The position numbers and the translations under genes were made by a program. Shown here piece after piece: positions 1-12,740 of a stretch of 64,000 nucleotides of DNA. The number at the start of each line of letters is the position of its first letter. Within the stretch, counting starts at the first letter, position 1. Origin of the DNA: Vicugna vicugna (lineage: Eukaryota); contig MU057724.1 in the NCBI GenBank assembly GCA_013265495.1, positions 1,193,102 through 1,257,101 on the forward strand, read 5' to 3'. The notes beneath the pieces are model-generated. The model had not been told where the DNA came from, did no database searches, and saw only the letters and a program-made list of their open reading frames with translations.

Positions 1-589
1 ACGGGATGACGGGAGCCAGCGCACGTTTCAGCCCCCCAGGACTGGGTCCCGCTCCTGCTTCTGTCCATTTTCCCGTCTTCCTCCTGCCACCTCCTCTGGG
101 GACTCTCCATGCCAGCCTCAGACACAGAGTCAGGAGCCTCGAGCCTTGACTGGAAAGGGGTTCTTCACCCTGAATGCCATTTGGGCTGTATGACTCACAC
201 TTCTGTGTATTTTAAAATCATAATGTTTATTCATATTTTCCAAAATGAAACTAAGAAAGTAGCCCCAATTTTTCTTGGAAGAGAATTTGCATCAACGTGG
301 AAGATGACTAGTATGCTGCAGTTTAGAATAGTTTAGCATTTTCTTAAAGAACAATTCTGCGGGAGTCATGTTATAGGGCTTGGAGGGAAATAAAAGCAGC
401 GTTCAGGACATAATTATACAGTTTCCAAGTAAGAGCCTCACGCGGAGACTTAATCCAGCACTGCTCCCGTGGCTCCTGAGCAGCACACGTCTGCCAGAGT
501 CACCTGCCCGGGCGTGGGCTTCCTCCCCCGCACACAGTAGCCCGCGTGGTGGCCCACGTGGTGGCCTGGTGCGTTGGCGTGGAGCAGTC

Positions 590-955
590 ACTGGGGAATG
601 AACTAACACGGACACGTTAGTGTTAAGCAGAGTCCACAACTTGCAGATTTCCTGAGTTTTACCCTAATGTCCTGTTCCATGACCCTCTCTAGGGCACCAT
701 GTGACATTCGTTCATTCTGTCTCTTCAGCACCTCTTGGCTGCTTCACAGACATTCCTTATTTTCAGTGAACTTGACCGTTTGAGATGTGCTGGTCAGGTA
801 TGCAGTCGGATGCCTCTCTGTTGGAATTTGTGTGATGCTTTTCTTAGGAATAGAAGGGGTTATAGGTTTGGGGAGGAAGACTGCAGAAGCAAAGTGCCAT
901 TTTTATCATGTCACAGCAAGTGCACACGTGCCCCGTGACTCATCACTGTTGACTG
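590..955 (-). mobile_element. L1MC-type 3'-end fragment
   Basis: GTGCTGGTCAGGTA...GGGGTTATAGGTTTGGGGAGGAAGACTGCAGAAGCAAAGTGCCATTTTTATCA resembles recalled L1MC 3' UTR. Confidence 0.7.
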
Positions 956-1084
956 GGTATGATGCTTCTCTACTTTTGTTATTTTATTGTTCACATCGCT
1001 CCACCACTGACCAGTGGGAACATTTAGTTGGCTCCTGTGTCTCTTTGCCTCTCCATCCTGTGTGTGTGTGTCTGATAGTTTTTG

Positions 1085-1425
1085 GTAAAGGGATGACTCG
1101 GGCTGGGCCGGCCACTCGTGATGGTCTTAGGATGGGAACTGGCCATGCCAGAAAGATGAACCACATGGTTTAGGGGACACTTTGGGCAGCACAGTGTATG
1201 TCAGCGTGGAGACTAGGCTCTACCACATGGACAATCATGCCAATATGACAAGGCCTCCAACCCTGGAGGATGAGTGAGATGTCTGGGGTGGTGATACTCT
1301 GTGCTGTTAGCCAGTATTAACACATGGAGCTGACACATTCTGAATATGATGGAAGCCTCCCCATTTGGAACCCTCCCAGACCCTGTCCGATGTATCCACC
1401 CCCCTTCCCCCAAGCTGATTTTAAT
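1085..1425 (+). mobile_element. MER21-like ERVL LTR fragment
   Basis: GGATGGGAACTGGCCATGCCAGAAAGATGAACCACATGGTTTAG and TTTGGAACCCTCCCAGACC...GCTGATTTTAAT. Confidence 0.65.
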
Positions 1426-2739
1426 GCCCCCTTTCTCACAGGGACACTTCCTCATAATATGCACTTGAATGTGTCTCTTCTGGTTTGGAGGCGCTCTCCT
1501 CCAGCAACGATGATTATCCTTTGCTAAAAATCTTTGTCTGTCGTCACTTACCTAAACCCTTCATATTTTTCACCTGAATTCACTCTGATTTTTGCAAATC
1601 CTTCCTATCTATTAACTGTGAAAATTTTCAGAGTTGTTTGTTACTTTTAATAGTATTTATTTGCTTTGAAATATTCAGTGTATTCCTTGAAATGTGCAAA
1701 TTCTGTCTTCATTTTGTCCTGTTTTTATTATCTCATTTTTGATCTCTTGTATTGAATTAAAGTGCTTATTAATGTGATGCTGAATAAAATAATGGTGACA
1801 GCATAAAACAAGTGTGAAAAATTTCTCTCAATATCTTGAATTATGTTGTCTTCTAAGTTCATTGGTCTCACCAATAGCATGTTTCTTTATTTTGTTTTTC
1901 TCCCTGAATTTTGTGTTTGCATAACTGCCAGTTTATTTGACTCCCTCTTGGGCGCCTCTGTTCAGTCCTTTCGTCTGTTCTGACGCCGTCTGACAGGTCC
2001 AGCCACTCCTTCCTCCTGAGGGCAGGACCTCAGCTCCTCTGCGTGGCTTTGCTTGGAAGCCTGTTCCCTTCTCTTTCTGCCCGTTTCACAAACCTGGGAT
2101 GAAGGACTGGGGTGGAGGTGCTGGCACGGGGAGACAAGGGGTCCGAGTGGAAGGGGCACGTGAGAGCACCTTGTCCCTGCAGGTCTCTCCTGTCCTGATC
2201 CTGGGTTTTTCAGTGTTTTCTACTGGTGTTTTTTTTAATTTATTTGGGACTGTGTCTGGTCCAATGTGACAAAACTCTTGATTTTAATTCCTTTCTTTGC
2301 TAAACATCAATCACTCTTGCCATTTACTGTCCCCAGTTCACCCATTTCTTTCCACCAGTCACTTCCTTTATACTTTCACAAAAATAGGAAAATAGAATGA
2401 TGGCCACCAGTTTTCTTCCCTTGAGACTTGGGGTCTTGGGGGAAGTTCCCCAAGTTGTTGCCATGTGCCTGTATTTTTTCAGGACTGCAGAGGATGGATG
2501 AAGACCTGAGCTGGGCTGAGCTACCTGCTTAGTCCATGTTTTTTTCCTTTTTCCTCTCTATTGGTCTCTAATGTCAATTGCATTAATTCCAGTGTTTAGG
2601 TTAGGTTGGGGAATTTGTTGGGATTTTTTAAAACAAATTTTGTTAATTTCATAATTGGTGAAGATTTGTAATGCAGTTTTAAACCATTATTTTAATAAGG
2701 AAAAACAGTTTATTTTCCAAACCATACAGTTAAGCTCTC

Positions 2740-3640
2740 AGTGAACAGGCTCTGACTGAGATCACTGATGGCTCTCTCCTTACCAAATCCAATCGCCTGT
2801 TTTCAGAACAGCCTGACCTCACCTGACTCGAGGACTTAACATCGCTCCTTCCTTTCTGTCTCTTTTCCTTCTCGTCAGTTAGCGCCTCCTCTTCCATCTC
2901 CAGTCCACTCCATTGGCCTCTGGTGTGTTTGTGTCTTTCCTGCTCTGACTTGTGATGCAACATCCATTCCTCCTGTCCCGGTTCCCTTTCTCCTAAGTAA
3001 TTGCTGCCATTTGCGTGCTTACGACACCTACCTTCGGACTTACTGTCCCACACATTTATCAGATTCAGGTCTGCCCCTCAAAATCCAAGCCTGCTGACCA
3101 CTTCCCAATGGAAGGTAGCACAGCTGAACTCACAGTATACACAGTTACTGTATTTCTCTCCTAACGTCGTCCTTCTCCTGCTTTCTCTGTCTTCATGAGT
3201 AAACCACTCAGCCAAATAGTCTGAAAGTTAAGCTCATTCCCACCTTGCCCTCCGTATCTGAGCTTCCATGTACAGTTGTGCAAGTCACTGACTGCACAAG
3301 AGCAGCCAGCTCAGAGCACTGGCCCTAGCAAAGGTGCCCTAGGGTCTCGCTGGAACCCGTCCCCATGTAACAAAATAAAGCCAAAGTCCTTGAGCCAGGA
3401 GCCCGACTACAGCCCTGTGGTCCGTTACCCCTTTGAACAATGAGACCCATCATGACCCTGCGTGAAGCTCTGCGCCGGGCACCTAGCTTGTCTTCCTGCC
3501 TCCAGAACCCTCACCATCTGCTCCATCGTCCACATTGTCTGGGCCACCTCTGTAATACATGCCCCCAGGCATGCTGTTTTCCTGGCAAAGTCCTCAGCTG
3601 ACCTCCTACTGCTGTAGTCTGAGTGCAGACCTTCAGAGCA
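2740..3640 (+). mobile_element. L2 remnant(s)
   Basis: CCAAATCCAAT, pyrimidine-rich body and AAATAAAGCCAAAGTCCTT are typical of decayed L2. Confidence 0.55.
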
Positions 3641-3759
3641 TTTAATGCTCCCTCTTGGCCCAGTTCCTCCTCTCCTTCGTCTCCTGGTCCCAGCCCTCAC
3701 AGACAACATCCCACACCAGATTCAAGGAAAGGCTTTATACTTCTTCTGCACAGTGGTAC

Positions 3760-4010
3760 AATTAAGGTACAATGGACAGTCGGCATCACAGTCGTTCCAG
3801 GTGCACAGCAGGATGACTCTGTACCTGCACACACTGTGGATGGTCACCACAGTGCTCTAGTTACCAGTCGTTCCCAGTTACGAATAAATATAAGTCCTGG
3901 GTGTAACGCACAGCACGCTGACTGTAGTTAACATCCTGTATCATGTGTTTGAGAGTCACTAAGAGAGTAGATCTGAGAAGTTCTCATCACAAGAGAACAT
4001 TTGTAGCTGT
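3760..4010 (-). mobile_element. L1MA9-like 3'-UTR fragment with inverted segment (3871-4010 on +)
   Basis: Minus-strand 3' end (GGTCACCACAGTGCTCTAGTTACCA) is joined to plus-strand CTAAGAGAGTAGATCTGAGAAGTTCTCATCACAAGA. Confidence 0.7.
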
Positions 4011-4863
4011 CACAATTGTTTGTACCTTCGTGGCACTCCGGAGATCAGCCGGGCTCCCCGGCCGCTCTGTGCCCCCAGCTCTCCATGTTTCAGTTTGCTG
4101 GCCTCATTGTAAATGTCATCTCTGTCCTCCCTTTTCTGACTCACGGCCTAGTCCCTGCTTCCTGCTTTGACCCCTCCAAATATGGCCTTTACACTGTGGA
4201 CCTTCAAGACCTGTCAACTTCAGGAAAATAACACGATGTGCCTGTTCACTCGTATTTCTACTCAAAGTATGAAGAAGACTGCCGGTCAGACGTTAGGACA
4301 GGATGAAATGATAGTAATGAACGAAGTCAATGTTGTTAGCTCTGAATAAACATTCTCTTTTTTAAAGGGTAACAATTTGGGTTTCTCAAAAGCACTCAGG
4401 TAACACACACCTAGATTTGTCATATTTTATAAATACAAGCCCTCCTCCCATATTTTGAATCATTTAGAAAAAGAGAAAAATGACCTACTCAAGTCACAAA
4501 AACGACTTCCCATATTTCTAAATGGTATGCCATTAATTTACTGTTTTAACTGGTTTAACTAAAGAATCAGTGGTTCACACTGTTTCCCCAGAGTGAAGGA
4601 CGTATTCATGATACTGGAGAATTTTCTTCTTTGTACTGCCTTTGAGAGCAGAGAAAGTCCTTGATTGTCTTTTTTTCCCTTTTTCTGGCAAATCAAACAC
4701 TCCACTTTTGCACACATTAGATGCTCAGTGAATTAAATAGCTCATTCCATGACAACTCAACTCTCTGGGGACTCAGGCTCGAAAACATTGAAGATTTCAA
4801 GCGATTCGTTTTGTGGGCAGAGTTATAAAAGGTGTTGTTTAAAGTCATCTGGAGAATTAAGTG

Positions 4864-5967
4864 TAGGGTAAACAGTATGATTTCTATTCACACAATTAAA
4901 TGGCGTTGAAACATAGGCTGTTTTAATCATTGTAGAAGTTAATGAACTTAGCACTTTAGTCTTACTCCTAGTAATTCAACTTTTAATTACCACCCAACCA
5001 TTGCATGTTATATGGTGCTAACAGCAGTTGACAGTGCCTCCTTTTTCTAAATTAAGCACAGCAATTTCACTCTTTTCTTACTGAAGGAGCAGAGCTGTGT
5101 CCTAAGGTTCAATCTATTTACTAGGAAAATATGACTTGTAGTTCTAAAATGTGACTGATTTGACCAAGAGGAATTTGATTCTGGTGCTGTCTAGGGGTAA
5201 ACAGTATGATTTCTATTCACACAATTGAATGGCATTGAAACATAGGCTGTTTTAATCATTGTAGAAGTTAATGAGCTTAGCACTTTAGTCTTACTCCTAG
5301 TAATTCAACTTTTAATTACCACCCAACCGTTGCATGTCATATGGCGCTAACAGCAGTTGACAGTGCCTCCTTTTTCTGAATTAAGCACAGCAATGTCACT
5401 CTTTTCTTATTGAAGGAGCAGAGCTGTGTCCTAAGGTTCAATCTATCTACTAGGAAAATGTGACTTGTAGTTCTCAAATGTGACTGATTTGACCAAGAGG
5501 AATTTGATTCTGGTGCTGTCTGACATTTTGCTTTGCAAGTTTTTCTTTTTTTTAAGAAGGGCAAAATGGTAAAGTCAACTTAGAGGATTAGAATACAAGA
5601 AGGTAGCTGGATGGTTCTTATATAAATATTGCAGTCTTTTCTTCTCTAGTTGCATGTCATATGGCGCTAACAGCAGTTGACAGTGCCTCCTTTTTCTGAA
5701 TTAAGCACAGCAATGTCACTCTTTTCTTATTGAAGGAGCAGAGCTGTGTCCTAAGGTTCAATCTATCTACTAGGAAAATGTGACTTGTAGTTCTCAAATG
5801 TGACTGATTTGACCAAGAGGAATTTGATTCTGGTGCTGTCTGACATTTTGCTTTGCAAGTTTTTCTTTTTTTTAAGAAGGGCGAAATGGTAAAGTCAACT
5901 TAGAGGATTAGAATGCAAGAAGGTAGCTGGATGGTTCTTATATAAATATTGCAGTCTTTTCTTCTCT
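4864..5967 (+). repeat. Nested tandem duplications (328/329-bp pair and 319-bp pair)
   Basis: 4864-5191 matches 5192-5520 (12 substitutions and 1 indel by eye). 5329-5647 matches 5649-5967 (2 substitutions). Confidence 0.95.
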
Positions 5968-6129
5968 GCGGTGTGGGAAATAAAGTGACATAAAACCCAC
6001 TCATGTGCTGTTATATTTATGGGGATCCAGGTAAAACTGTGTCTTCAACAGATAAGACATCGAGTTTGCTGACTCTTAGAGCGTGGTCTAATCACTGAGT
6101 AGGAAGCAGGGACCTGGGACAAACCTCGC

Positions 6130-6443
6130 GTCTGTGAGGGCTTCAGTGGCCGTACCGCACAACGCTGGAGGCTGGAAGCCCCAAATCAAGGTGTCAGCAG
6201 GGCTGGTTTCTTTGAGACCTCCTTCCTTAGCTTCTAGGCAGCTGTCTTCTCCCTGTGTCTTCACACTCTTCCCTCTGTGGGTGCTGGTCTTAATCTCCTC
6301 TTCTTACAAAGTTACCAGCCATATGGGATAGAGTCCACACTGATGACCTCCTTTTAATGTAATTATCTCTTTGAAGACCATCTGAGGTACAGGGGTTAAG
6401 ATTTCAACACATTAATTTGGGGAAAACAGTTCATCTTGTTGCA
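6130..6443 (-). mobile_element. MaLR LTR (MLT1A/B-like)
   Basis: CTGGAGGCTGGAAGCCCCAAATCAAGGTGTCAGCAGGGCTGGTTTCT...CTGAGGTACAGGGGTTAAGATTTCAACA. Confidence 0.85.
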
Positions 6444-6989
6444 GTCAGATTACATAAATACTACATTTATAGAAATTATTACTTGAAAGAAAATCAGTAG
6501 GACTACGGAGATTATTCAAAATGTAGCATCATATAACTACTGTCTCTAGAGAAGAATAACTTATGCTGTCGTGTGACTGGAGAGAACACCTAATCATGAA
6601 AAAAAGACCTAATAATAAGACAGATTAACTTAAGATTATTAGGATATGTGGACGACTCAATCAAGTTGTCAGTGTCTGCCTTCTCTTTTATACAAAAGTC
6701 TATGAGATAATGGGAAAATAATAAAATAAATCCATAGCATAACAAAGCTAAGACTATCTAACATTGTGTTGGAGACTGAGTAATTCCTGAAAGTAAAAAA
6801 GGGGAAATGGGAGATAGATCAATGGGTTAAATGAGATGATCACACCTGTAACAATACATCAGGGTCAGACTAGCGCAGAGTCCAGGCAGCACTAAGCCAG
6901 ATTCAGCAGATTCAGAAACATACAGGGCCCAGGAGCACTCGGACAACTTCCAAGGAGCGGCATTTAGCACGGGTATGTTTGGCAGCCAG

Positions 6990-7403
6990 CTGCAGAGATA
7001 CAGAACTGGAGGGGTGTGTGCAAACACACACAGACAGGTATATTTTGAGGAGTGGGTTCACGGGATTATGGAGACTAGACTGGCAAGTCCCAAACCTTCA
7101 GTTCAAGTCTGAAGGCCACCAGGCTGGAGACCCAGGAAGGAGCCTGAGCTCTCTAAGTCCAAAGGCGGCCCACTGCGGAGTTCCTTCTGACTTGGGGAGG
7201 TCATTCTTTTGCTCTAGCCAGGCCTTCAGCTGATTGGACAAGGCCCACCTGCATTATGGAGGGCAGTCTGCTTCACTGAAATATCCACAGATTTAACTGT
7301 TAATCTCACCCAAATTCACCTTCACAGAGCCATCAGGAATAGTGTTTGACCACATATCTGACCACCGGGGCTGGGCCAAGTTGACACAAAATTAACCATC
7401 ACA
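6990..7403 (-). mobile_element. MLT2 (ERVL) LTR
   Basis: GGCCTTCAGCTGATTGGACAAGGCCCACC...CCAAGTTGACACAAAATTAACCATCACA terminus. Confidence 0.88.
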
Positions 7404-9902
7404 CATTCTGTTTCTCCTCTACCTTTGCTGACTAGCGGCAAAGCATAAACCGAGGAGGTGGCCAGTGGGGCTGACAAGAGGCCCCAGAGATGGACAGTGA
7501 GCACCAAATCACTCCTCCCAGCAGCACTGCTCATCTCACCCTCAGGAGCCAGGCGCAGGCCAAAGTGACCAAAGCAGCCAGAAAATGAGGACAGTTCCCA
7601 CAGTCAGTGGTACCTGTCAGATGCTCGGGGTGCATGCGAGTCTAAGGAGGAAGCATTAGACAGCACCTCCCTCCAAGACATTTTGAAAATTTAGAGAGAA
7701 AGGGAAGGGAATAAAATCAAACCTCAGAAGGAAGTGCATTTTTAATGCGACAGGGTAAATATTGCACAGTAATGCACCTTTTCTCCTGGTGACACCCCAG
7801 CACACTGTGAATAGGAAGGAGCGCCAGTGATGTCAATATTGACAGATGACTGAGCAGAGGAGACGACTCTGCTGCCAGCCTTCATCTCAAGCTCTCAGAA
7901 GAGTCCCTCACCCCCGCGTTCTCCAGAAACATCCATGCACAGTTTCAGAGCACGTGCGTTCCAGCAGTACGTCTGCTGTATGTGGATGTGGTTTTTACAG
8001 TTTACTTAGGGAGACTCTTAATAAAATAGGTGAAAGATTTCTCTGAAGTATTAATTCTGATCTACACCTAATAGTATGTCCCTGGCAGCATTTGCAGTTT
8101 TACCTGAGAAGTGGTTTCCCAGCTGTCATCACAGACGTACTGATCTGAGTCACTTGCGTCAGCAAATCGTAGGTTCTTCTTTGACAGATTAAAAGTAGAG
8201 AAAAATCACGGCCACTCAGTGCTGGTGCGGGCACATCACTCTCCGGAGGGTCAGTTCTTCTCGGCGCTGCAGACGCTCTTTAACTGGCACTGCGTTTGCT
8301 TCATTGTTCAAATGTCAGTTTAAAGAAAATGTAGGCACTGCAAGAATTCCCATGTAACCTACATAGAAAATGAGCACTAACGGCATTGACATCTTTAGAC
8401 AAATGTTCCCCTGTTGAGTTGAAATCCATGCAAGAGACGTCAATTCCTGACTGTTAGTACAGAGACTCCTGATATAGAAATTGCAACTAATACAGTAAGA
8501 TTCTGCGATAACACTGGAGTACATGCCTCTCTCTAGCATGGCCCCAGATTGGAAACATCTGTTAGACTGGTTAAGAAGATTTTAAGATCTGAAATTATTT
8601 AAGATTTAGTTTGTTCTCCCCCAGACCACGCAGTCTTCCCAAGCACAGAGCTGTGTGCTGCCTCCGAATGAAGGGAGAAAGCACCCGTAACGGAAAGGGT
8701 GGGTTGCAGGCTGCAGTTACACAATCAGACTTCATCCCATGGGCCTGCATCATGTTTGAGAAAATAAGCCGTCCTGCTCATTAAGCGGCGAGCACAAGAA
8801 GTCCCCCCTAAATGTGTGTCCCACACGCCCACAAGCCCATCCAGAGGTTTCCTGCCCATCAGCTCGACTCCGGAGCCCGACGAGCAGAGCCCACCCTGGT
8901 CCGCCCCTAGACGCTCAGTGCTCAGCACGGCTCAGAAAAATGGTGACGCCCAGTACACGTGTAAGGGCTTCTTTTTCATGGATGCATATATTTTGTTGAA
9001 TTAGCTGCAGAGAACTTTTGAATGAGAAACTTTTGAACAGTCATTATTGAGTGTGAGACTGGTGTTATAGCAAGAGGGAGGGCCGCAGGAGGAAGAGCTG
9101 GTCGACATCTGGCCTCTGAGACACCAGCCGTTCAGCCTGTGAAGAGCTGAGTGTCTGTTATGGGAGGACACCCTGCGAGGCAATGAGAAAGCCGATGTCA
9201 CTGGAGTAATGCTGTCTTTGTTGTCAAAGGAGGGTAGTGGGTGGCGGGAGGGCAGAAGCAGACTCTTGACGTCACCACCCCGTTCCAAAGCTCCCCGGGT
9301 CATCGCCAATCTTCCAGACGCTCGCCCCTTTCAAAGGATGCTCCTGGCACGTTGGACATTTTCTCAATTTCTTTTCATCTCAAGGTTGTTCCACAATGTG
9401 TTCTTCCTCCCTGAAATATTGTTCACCTCGACCTGTAATCTTCCTCAGTAGGGCACAACTTCTTTCCAGGGGTTCCCTTCTCTTTTCAGGCCTCATCTAG
9501 AAAGTTATTTCCATGGAGAATTAGATCCTGAATCGAATTAGGAAATCGGAGTTAAGTAGCAGACTCCTTACAGTCCCTTACGCTCCTTAGCGTAGTTCCT
9601 CCTGTCTTTTCCTTCAGAGCAATCTGACCGCCTTAACTAACTATCCAAGTTAGTAAGTAGTATGTATTCATTAAATTGTAAGTTCCAAGAAAGCAGAGAT
9701 CGACTCAGTCTTCTTACACCCCTGCTCCACTGCACGAATGATAAATGAGTAGATGTGTGTGTCTCCACACGAGGGATCGGAGCAGGATCAGAGCACACGA
9801 TGAACACAGGAGCAGAGGAGAGTCACCTCCTTAGTTAGGAGATCAGGAAAGGCCCTCCTGGAGGACAGGAAGTTTGGATGAGACTGGAGGAATAAACAGT
9901 GA

Positions 9903-10115
9903 GACAGTAGTTAAAAGAACTGAATCCAGAATCCCATTGCCTGGGTTTGTCACTTTACCATGGAACACTTGCAAGCGGGCTAAGCTTCAGTTTCTTTATC
10001 TGTAAAATGGAGGTAATAAATATACTTTACGCACCGAGTTGCTGTGCACCACATTTATATGCAAATGCAAATCATGAACTTATCTGAATCCTGGTATATT
10101 ATAAAAGCTGAATAA
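9903..10115 (+). mobile_element. MIR SINE
   Basis: Core CTTCAGTTTCTTTATCTGTAAAATGGAGGTAATAATA. Confidence 0.75.
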
Positions 10116-11214
10116 TGGAAGAGGAGGGTGATTCAAGCAAGGACTCGGCGTGAACAAAGGCACGAAAGCCTGAAACTCAACTCTGGACAAGTCGCGTGAC
10201 TTTGGACCAGCTCTGAATGCGGCAATTCAGTGACACAGGGAAGCCTGGAGCCAACAGGAGTGACTTGCCTGCTTCCACATGTGAATCGCCTTATTTTTTC
10301 TTTGGGTTTTTTTGTTTCACTTTGCATGCAGTCCAGCAGTAGTTTTGGGGGATTGTGCCATCAGTAACTCCTGGGCTGTACAAAAATATAAACATTTGTG
10401 TCAGTATGGGGTTACATGACCAATAACGATTAAGCGGAGCTGTGAATTAGGTTTCGAGGGCTGTTTGAGAGGACTGGTAAGGAGGCAGCTGTGGCAGCCT
10501 GATGGGTTTACATGTTCTTTACTGAGTTCATCCTGGCTGCTCGCACAAGGTGTTCTGCCTCAGAGACAGGCTTCTTCCCACTTCAGAGTAAATAACTGAT
10601 CTGTTTCCCAGCCCCCACAACGTGCTTTAAACCTTACTGCAAGTCATGAGGGAATTTTTCCCACATAAATTACCAGAAACTCCACAGGTAGGGGGTGACA
10701 GAAATAACTTTGCTCCACGTATAAGGGGATTGAGGCTGCCGCCCCCTCCCCTCTCGAAAGAGTCTCCTGGGGAGTGTAATGGTTCTGAGCGCTAACTCCA
10801 GCCCTTTGGGCACAATAAAGCCACTCCAGGAGCCATGTGACCTTGTGTATCTGGGTGTCTACGGTTCAGAGATATTTCCAAAACCCCGGGTCCCGTTTCT
10901 CTTTGACATGTACCTACCTAGGAAGGCAACCTCTCCACTTTGGGGTGTGACCTAAGAGCTGGCCTGGGCTGCAGCCGTCTGTCCATCTCAGGGAGATGGA
11001 AGAAGTGTATTACCACTTCAGATCAGAGAAGTAAACTCTGCAGATGACCACAGATCTAATTTCCGTGTCATGCAGAGAGTAAGATGCTTTTAGGGGAAGT
11101 GAGGTGAACATGTCCTATGTCTATGTTGCATACATTTTCCTGTCTCATTAGACTAAGGCTTCTTGTGTGGGCTCTGACAACTCTGGGGCAGATTCATTTC
11201 CCCACAAAGCCTTT

Positions 11215-11641
11215 TGTCAACTTTAATCATAAAACAGCCAGTGATCTCACCAGCAAAATGAGTTTATCCAGGAATAGCCAGAGAAACTGCAGTTCAGGAA
11301 ACACAAGCTGTGGCTGCAGAAAACAAAGGAGGGTTTGCTTTTATAGAGAAAGGGGGAGTTGGGAGGGGCTGTTCTAACTGAAAGCTCATTGGAGGAAAGT
11401 GAGGGCTGAGGGTGAATACGGCTCCTCATTGGCTGAGCTGTGGTGTTTCCATTGGCTGGGCTTGTTGCTAGGCGAGGAGGAGATCTCCCTCCCTGCACCT
11501 GAGAAGCCAAGTAGGGACCTTTCTCCTGCTGGACAGTTCAGGTGTGTCTCTTCCTGTTTGGGGTGATTGACGAGTGGCAGGGCATGAGAGGTCCCTTCCC
11601 AATTCTAATTTTAGTTGAGGTTTCCTTTATTAATTTACACA
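11215..11641 (-). mobile_element. ERV1-class solo LTR
   Basis: TG...CA termini with 4-bp flanks CTTT/TTTT, minus-strand TATAAAA (TTTTATA at about 11339) and repeated ATTGG (CCAAT) boxes. Confidence 0.7.
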
Positions 11642-12569
11642 TTTTATTTTTTGATTAGCATTTTCAAATTCTTTAAATATTAATCTCATAGCAACAGTAT
11701 CAGTATATTAGAGCTGATAAGAAAATTTTGTTTCTTACAAAGCTTTGAAATCAGGGTTGTCCGAAATGCATTTGTTTGAAAATGAAGTAGCATATACTTT
11801 GAACGTGATATGCTTAAAACTCTTACATTAAACAAATCAAATAGCATAATTCCAAAATCCTGACTGATATTATTTGAAGTTCCATCAAAATTAAGTTGTC
11901 TCTTCCAGGACCAGTTCACACACTGATACTTGTAATGCCAAAGACAGAGATTTAAGGTACCACAACCCAGAGAAATATTTTTAAAGTTTTCTGAATTCTT
12001 TATTTGCAAATATAAAGCCCAAGTGTTATTTGGGTATTAATCTCCTTGTTTTCAGATGGGATTAAGTTCTTTCCTGAGATTTCATTCTGGTCCCTAGAAA
12101 TGGCTGGCATTAGTTTCTCAGTGTTGAGAGCATGCATTTGAGACAGCAGAAACCTGCATAGAAGCAGGTAGTTCTGCTTGTCCCCGTGCAAAGTTTTCCC
12201 TTTTGCTGCAGCATTTGCTAGTGTTTCAGTGTCCATCCCCCCACCTCATCCTCAGTCATAACATTTGTTTGATGATTTGTATGGTAACAATTTATACTCA
12301 TTAATGAAGCATGAGATAAAGTTAAAATTACACAGTTCCTATATGGCATCTAAGTACCATACCTTGCCTAAATTATTTTTTCTATATACAGTGCAAGGGA
12401 CAGATCTGAAGCTTCATCAAATCTAAGTTTGTCTGGACAGCTAATTCAAGGATAAAACTTGAGGAAGTAAAACAGATATGCACAATTAATATTCTGCAAA
12501 ATCCTTCTCAATATCTGACAACAAGCAAAATGAGAGTCATGAGATTTCTTATGGAAATATGTTATTCTA

Positions 12570-12740
12570 TGAACTTAGGCATGTTAATAACCTCTTTATT
12601 TCTTAGTTTTTTCATCTATAAAGTGAGAATAATAATTGCAACCCCTTCAATATGGCTTAAAAAGGATAGTTGTATGTAAACCTCTTAGACTAGGGCCCAG
12701 ATCATAGAAGGTTCTCAGTAAAAGTTAGCTAGTTATTTAC
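12570..12740 (+). mobile_element. MIR SINE
   Basis: CTTAGTTTTTTCATCTATAAAGTGAGAATAATAAT...CTCAGTAAAAGTTAGCTAGTTATT. Confidence 0.75.

Noticed and set aside
10630..11015. LTR-like segment (TATAAG, AATAAA)
   Set aside because: Probably an old ERV LTR, but I could not fix the family or the termini with confidence.
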